Source: Octopus sinensis
Taxonomy: Eukaryota
Length of the DNA stretch: 64,000 nt
Direction of reading: 5' to 3'
Assembly: GCF_006345805.1 (NCBI RefSeq)
Contig: NC_042999.1
Span: forward strand, 158,472,001-158,536,000
Within the stretch, counting starts at the first letter, position 1; each line of letters starts with the position of its first letter. Shown here one piece after another: positions 57,821-64,000 of this stretch. The notes under the pieces are model-generated. The model saw only the letters and a program-made list of their open reading frames with translations. It did no database searches and was not told the origin of the DNA. A program made the translations under genes and the position numbers.

Positions 57821-58504
57821 TATATATACCGGATGCTGCTTGTGATATTGAGCAAAACATTTCATCTCACGTTGATCTGCAATGACTTTAGCGCCTGACG
57901 CATGGTACACTGTTCACCTGTTCAGGTAACGCCGATTTTATGGAGGCAGTGAGCTAATGTACAGTACGCGCATTTGATCACTATAAACAAATTATTTGTG
58001 CAGGTCGTTCGGGAAAAGCTGCACACTTATACGTCGTTCTCTAAGAGAGAATCCATCAATTATAACCTTATGCCTACTTTGCGTTCGTGATTCAGTATTA
58101 CAAGGTCCATAAATTTCATAGTGCACAAGATACGGAGTCGAAATGATTGATAAAAACCTACGAAAGTCTTGAACCAGCAAGTTCTGAAATAAATAGATGA
58201 AACAAGAAGACGAATAATACATAATATTTTTGCATGGCAGAAAATACAATACCTATGAGATTCACAACTACCAAGAGACCTGGAGGATGTTAGCCTGACT
58301 CCAGATGCCTAGCCTAAATCATTGCAACAGAGAACATTCCACTAATGATACCCACATAGATTAAGTTTACTAAGTTTAAATCACAGGTCTTTGGTGCTGT
58401 GATAAAAGAGATATCCAGCTCGCTGCACAGTAAAATCGAACGCAGAAACATCTAGTTAGGAAGGGGATTGCTTAACTTCGCATGTAACTATCACAACAGC
58501 AGTG

Positions 58505-58725
58505 GATATTGGTTTCAAACTTTGTCACAAGGTCAGCAGTTTAATGGGAGGGATTAAGTCGATTACATTGAACCTGATACTCAACTGGTACTTGTTTTAT
58601 CGACTCATAAAGGATGAAAGGCAAAGTCGACCTCAGAGGCATTTCAACTCAGAGCGTAAAGACGGACAAAATGCTAGTAAGTATTTTCGCTCAGCCTTGT
58701 AACAATTTTGCCAGCTCACTGCCTT
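58505..58725 (-). mobile_element. Old SINE related to family B
   Basis: ttatcgactcataaaggatgaaaggcaaagtcgacc is the reverse complement of the family B central domain. Confidence 0.65.
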
Positions 58726-58837
58726 AACAGCAGTAAATACTAAAGACAGGAATGTAAAACATTTATGATAGGAAACTTAAATATTTTCCTGTTAGACAAG
58801 TGTGACGGTTCTGGGTCAAATGAACCTATACATTAAC

Positions 58838-59115
58838 AGGCACGAGTGTGGATGTCTGGTAAGAAGCTTGCTTCCCGACCACATAGTTCTGGGTTCTTGA
58901 GCAAGTGTCTTCTGCTATAACCTGTGTGTCTGTGCCTATATCTTTGTATCTGTGTTTGTTCCACACCACCGCTTGACAACCGGTGTTGGTTTGTTTACGT
59001 TCCAGTAACTTAGGTATTGGGCAAAAAGAGAACGATAGAAAAAGTAGCAGGCTTAAAGAGAAAAAGTGAAGTCGAGGTGCTCCAGCATGGCCACAATCTA
59101 ATGACTGAAAAAGAT
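58838..59115 (+). mobile_element. SINE family C, internally deleted
   Basis: Head tggtaagaagcttgct...ttgagcaagtgtcttctgctata, tail ccagcatggccacaatctaatgactgaaa. Confidence 0.7.
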
Positions 59116-59690
59116 AGAAGCTGAAAGAAAATACGATAAAGACATTAAAATGAATCTCTTCGCATTGAAGATGTATTGCTATATTTAAATGCTTATTCTT
59201 GTAAAAGGAATTTATTATTTTGGTTTTTGTTATATTTTGTTATAACGTTTAAAATATTTTGAAACGTTTGCTGCCTTTGTGGAAACATATATATGATTGA
59301 GCTGGATCTAATTATAATGTAGTAAATTGTCTACAGTTTTACTACATTATTTGTTCTATCTCATGGGATGTAGAGCATAGTCTGTAGCACTATGTCTCTT
59401 AACCGAGATTTCTGACAATATAAGACAATCCAATCAAATGCATTTGAAAGTTGTAGTTAAATGGTTTCTTCACTGTAGGACACATAAAATTGTGCAGCGA
59501 TCTGCTTCATATTTCCTTCAGTCACTCATTCACCGTTCTTTTTATTTCATAATCTCACTATTTTTGTGGCCTTACCTACCAATGAATGTGGCATTACCTA
59601 CCAATGAATGAATGAATCAATCAATCAATCAATCAACCTAACCTTCCTACATACATACATACATACATACATACATACCTACCTACCTAT

Positions 59691-60909
59691 AAAATAATGG
59701 AAACACCTTAAAATTTCCAACAAATTTAATTTAAATGAGGTAGGACTGCCTTTGGCCGTAATCACAGCTTGAATTCTACGAAGTATGGACTCATACAAAC
59801 TTTGAATTGTTTCCAAAGTAATTTTTGTCCATTCTTCAGCTAAAACAGTCTCCAGTTCTTGTTGCGATGATGATGGAGGATATCGACTCCTTCCTTGTTT
59901 TTCTAAAATGCACCATAAATGTTCAATAATATTGAGATCTGGGGACTGTGGTGGCCAGATAAAACATTCAACTTCACTAGAATGTACCTCGTGCCATTCA
60001 GTAACAACTTTAGGTCTGTGAATTGGTGCATTATCATTCTGAAACATTGCGTTTCCCTCCAGAAATAGTTCCGCAAACATAGGATGAATTTGATCAGATA
60101 AAGGCTTAAATAGTCTTGACTATTAATTCTGCCATGAAGGGAAACCATTGTGCCAGCGGATTTCCAAGATATAGCTCGCCAGATCATCACAGATCCTCCT
60201 CCACGTTTAACAGTTGGAAGAAGGCAGTCTGAGTCAAATGCTTCTTTTGGCTGTCTCCACACGTATACTCGGCTGGTGGTCGGAAATATGGTAATGGATG
60301 ACTCGTCCGAGAAAATAACATTCTTCCACTGCTCTAGGGACCAATTCTATAGGTTTTCACTCAACTATACACGCTTTGCAACGTTTGTTTTGAACGTGGT
60401 GGTTTTCTGATTGCAGCGCTCCCGTGAAATCCAGATTTGTGCAGTACCCGGCGAACAGTTTTTGTGGAAACTGGTTTCTCGAGGTGGTCATTAAGCTCTG
60501 CAGCAATTTTGGGATCCTTTCTAACAATTCGCGTAAGAGTCCGACGGTCCCTATCTGAAAGTTTTGGTTTTCTTACGGGGTTTTGTTTCGACGAGGTTTT
60601 TTTCCTCTTTCTCAAAGGCTGTCATTACTTTCGAGACAGTACCTCTTGATGTTTTCGTTACGCTAGTGCCTGCCATACGAGCACCAACAATTGACCTCTT
60701 TGAAAGTCTGATGGATCTGTCATTTTAATGAATTTTAATTGCCTTTTCCTGATGATATCTGAAAAGAAACAGCAATTTTAGCAGAACATATTCAGCAATA
60801 CTAATAATAAAAAAAACATAAAAATAAACAAGCTTTTGACAGTTTTATAGATATTTCAAAATTATGATGCTATGAAGCTTGGTGTTTCCATAATTTTGTC
60901 CAACCCCTA
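59691..60909 (-). mobile_element. Tc1-family DNA transposon, frameshifted, inside a (TACC/TACA)n tract
   Basis: Motifs TVKRGGGSVMIW, FQNDNAPIH and WPPQSPDLNIIEHLW. TIR aaaataatggaaacacc (59691-59707) matches ggtgtttccataattttgtccaacccc (from 60881); the left TIR tip is missing. Confidence 0.9.
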
Positions 60910-61339
60910 TACCTACCTACATAATACCTACCTACCGGCCTACCTACCGGCCTACCTACATAATACCTACCTACCGGCCTACCTACCTACCTACCTACCT
61001 ACCTACCTATCTACCTATCTATATGCATACGTATATACACTTCTACAAACGCAGCCATATACGAAGACGGTACTGTAATTCAAAAGTGGGTATAATGTTT
61101 TTATCAACTGATATAAGTCATTCAAACTTTAAATCTTGGTTAGAGCAAGTTCACTCTGTTTTAACCCTTCTTTCGGTTCTTCCTAATTGCATGCAAATTA
61201 TAGGCTTCAAGGAGAAATATCTTGCCTTCATTAACATTTCAACAAAGGCGGAATTTGGGGTCCCGATATTCACAAAATGCCACTGGTTGTTAACAGCACA
61301 GATGATACTAGCAACGCGCACATATGAATGAAGAAATTT

Positions 61340-61900
61340 AAAAGAGGGAAGATTGGCATTGTAGTGACCATAAAGTGTAACTCCTTGCTCGAATCGTCAA
61401 TGAGCAGACGATCTGATCGGCAAGAACAGGTGAGTTACAATCCGTGAGTTTGCTGTACAAACAGATTATGATCACAATGCATTACAGAAGACGGCTAATG
61501 ATTCTGGTGCCCATTGAAATATGATTTTGAAGAAGAGAAGGTGTAGGTTTACTTTGATTAATTGTAAGCGTTTGAAGCTAATGAAGATAGATTTTCCATG
61601 ATTTAGAATGATAAGATAAAAGATGATAGTATTTTTCTAATCCAGAAACGAGGCCTCAGTCTATAGAAAGGCATCACATCTATTCTCCAAGGCCTAAGAA
61701 ATTCTAGAACCAGCTCTTGTCACTGAAAGTCATGTTGACTGGTTTGGAAAATACAGGGGCATGATCCTCGCTGATATGGTTTTTATCATGAACAGTAACA
61801 TGTATATATAATTGAATTGACGGCCAGTGCCATGGATATTTTCTGGTATTTTGCAACAATAAGCCTTCCCCTACTGTGAATCCAGCGTATGAGATATTTA
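61340..61900 (+). mobile_element. Possible highly decayed mariner fragment
   Basis: aaagtcatgttgactggtttgg...ggggcatgatcctcgctgat resembles the mariner KVMxTVFWDxxGxI region; no intact frame. Confidence 0.35.
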
Positions 61901-62103
61901 AACATACAAAACATATATGGTCAACTTATGTACTTTTACTGCTTTTGCAAGTCTTTTTACATCTGGTGAAGGATTAACATTCAAAACTTTAAGATACTTC
62001 ATTTTTGCATTTGTTAAATCGCATCATTTCTAGTTGAGTATTTAATTTTTTTTTGTTTTGCTTTATGTTTGTATATATGTATGTTTGAATGTATATATTA
62101 TTT

Positions 62104-62478
62104 ATTACTTGTTTCATTCACTGGACTGCGGCCTTGCTGAGGCAGTGCCTTCAAGGATTTAGTGGAACAAATCGACCCCAGTACTTATTATTTAAAGCCT
62201 AGTGCTCGTTTCATCGACCACTTTTGCAGAAGCTCTAAATTACAGGGACAGAAACAAACCAACACCATGCGGTGGCGTAGGGGTGAAGTTGCAATCACAA
62301 ACACCAAGACATGTGCGCTTGCGCGCTCGCACCGCCTTTTGTATCTACGACAGGCTTCTTTCAGTTTCCTTCTACCAAAGCACTCACAAGTCTCTACTCA
62401 GCCTGAAGCTATAGAAGACACTTGCCGAAGGTGGCACACAGTGGAACTGAATCCGGAACCATGTGGTTGGAAAGCAAA
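62104..62478 (-). mobile_element. SINE family C, diverged
   Basis: Colinear with 37057-37477. Confidence 0.75.
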
Positions 62479-62529
62479 TGAAGTCAAATCAAATTTTATT
62501 TTGATATATTCGTACTGTAACACGATATA

Positions 62530-62919
62530 GGGACACTATGTCTGTGGGAACACCGTTCTCACGATACAAGGATGTTTGAAAAAGGGACATGAAGGCCTGC
62601 GATATCAATATTAGCAATTGGGAAGCAGTTGCCAGCAACCGTGGAGATTCGCGATGTACTGTAAAAGAGGGAAAAACAAAGGAGTGTCAGAGGGAGAGAG
62701 GAGAAATGGAAAGACAAGAAAAGACGTCAACAAGAAACTATGACATCACAACCAACCAGGCAAAGTCTTCGCCACATTTGCGGCACCTGCCAGAGGAAGT
62801 GTTTGTCCAGGATAGGACTACACAGCCACAACAGGAGATGTATTAGGACATGAAATGTAAAAGCCGGACTGGATTATTTTATGCGCATCTCCATTGTCTC
62901 CCGAGACAAAAAAGATGCC

Positions 62920-62920
<1 letters not shown>
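62530..62920 (+). mobile_element. RTE-clade LINE 3' end
   Basis: KRDMKACDINISNWEAVASNR followed by the C2H2-like HICGTCQRKCLSRIGLHSHNRRC (from about 62773), typical of the RTE C-terminus; TA tract follows. Confidence 0.8.
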
Positions 62921-62954
<34 letters not shown>

Positions 62955-63174
62955 AAATTAGAAAACAAACCCACCTTTTATCAATTCAAAATGAACTATT
63001 TAATTACACCATCTAGAAAATTATATATAGAAAAATTAAAACTAAAATAACAATAAAATGTCAAAGATTAAGTAAACTGCAAAAAATAATAATACAAACG
63101 TATATAATAGGGGGGAAAACGACACGTGTTTCGTGGCTATATTTAAGAAATGATTATAGTTGTAGAGAAATCAC

Positions 63175-63205
<31 letters not shown>

Positions 63206-63249
63206 CATACCCACACACATATATATCTGATATATCTGTGTACACATCT

Positions 63250-63306
<57 letters not shown>

Positions 63307-63552
63307 TATATATATATATATATGTATGTATGTATATAAAACTTATCATGGATATCTTATTAGGACATCGAACATTGCGTCATTAATCTCATATAGGCGC
63401 TTACTGCAAAAATGCACCTACAATATAGCAACGAGAACTGTCTGTGATGGACACAGAAACTTCTATGTCATGATTTCATTCAACTGGAAATCCTCGGTGG
63501 GTGGCGTCCAGTCAACGCCTACCAGCTAAATCTCGTCGAAATTTATATGGAA

Positions 63553-63946
63553 CTAGCAGTATCGCCCGGCGTTGCTCGGGTTTGTAAGGGAAATAACTAT
63601 ATAAGCATTTTTAGAGATGTAAAGTATAATAGCCATCTCAATATGGCTAACCACAAAAGACGGGGGGTGTTACTGTAGCTTTTTACGTTCTGAGATTTAA
63701 TAATAAATTTTTAGAGAGTTACTTATATATGCCAAAAATGCATTAAAAATGGGAAAAATTGATGGTAATTTTTTTTTTAAATCGTAGACTCATCGTAGAC
63801 GCGCACTAATACCCAGAAGGGCTCAAAATAAATCACGACTATAAGATACCCGCTTTTGGTTAAACTGCACCGCAAAATGTGGGAGTAGTTAGGAATCTAA
63901 ATCGCAGGAGACAGACAGCACACAACCTCTCTTTTATATATAAAGA
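63553..63946 (-). mobile_element. Non-autonomous Helitron-like element, copy 3
   Basis: Reverse-complement match to 39554-39950 with A|TC...CTAG|T ends and the same subterminal hairpin. Confidence 0.85.
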
Positions 63947-64000
63947 TAACAGCATATTTTCAGACACTTATGTCGCAAATGGCCAGCAGGATCATAAGAA

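Overview
AT-rich, microsatellite-dense eukaryotic DNA. The repeat content (tRNA-derived SINE families, R4/Dong and RTE LINE relics, (TA)n/(CATA)n/(CTAT)n tracts) suggests a cephalopod, probably Octopus; this is inference. Nearly all ORFs in the supplied track are microsatellite or transposon artefacts. One real protein-coding gene can be assembled by hand on the + strand. It has five phase-compatible GT-AG exons (4985-5126, 11063-11216, 16968-17176, 18200-18354, 22689-22836), and its 5' exon(s) were not found. They encode 268 aa of a Cys-rich zinc metallopeptidase with HEFAH...Y-x4-E-x-E-YFA, the active-site layout of bacterial anthrax-lethal-factor/PPEP/MtfA-type peptidases. The rest is mobile-element debris: 2 R4/Dong LINEs, a Chapaev3-like transposon, Tc1 and mariner relics, 3 Helitron-like elements, a gag-only relic, an RTE 3' end, Penelope-like terminal repeats and many SINEs. 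Highlights: (1) the bacterial-toxin-like metallopeptidase with introns; (2) an apparently intact type I hammerhead ribozyme at 55490-55572, plus near-intact or decayed siblings at about 29200, 55115, 4790 and 21080; (3) a SINE amplified in place into a 6 x ~210 bp tandem array; (4) a perfect 85-bp-arm palindrome; (5) a non-coding ~1 kb element with identical 163-bp terminal direct repeats. All alignments and folds were done by eye; no database searches were run.
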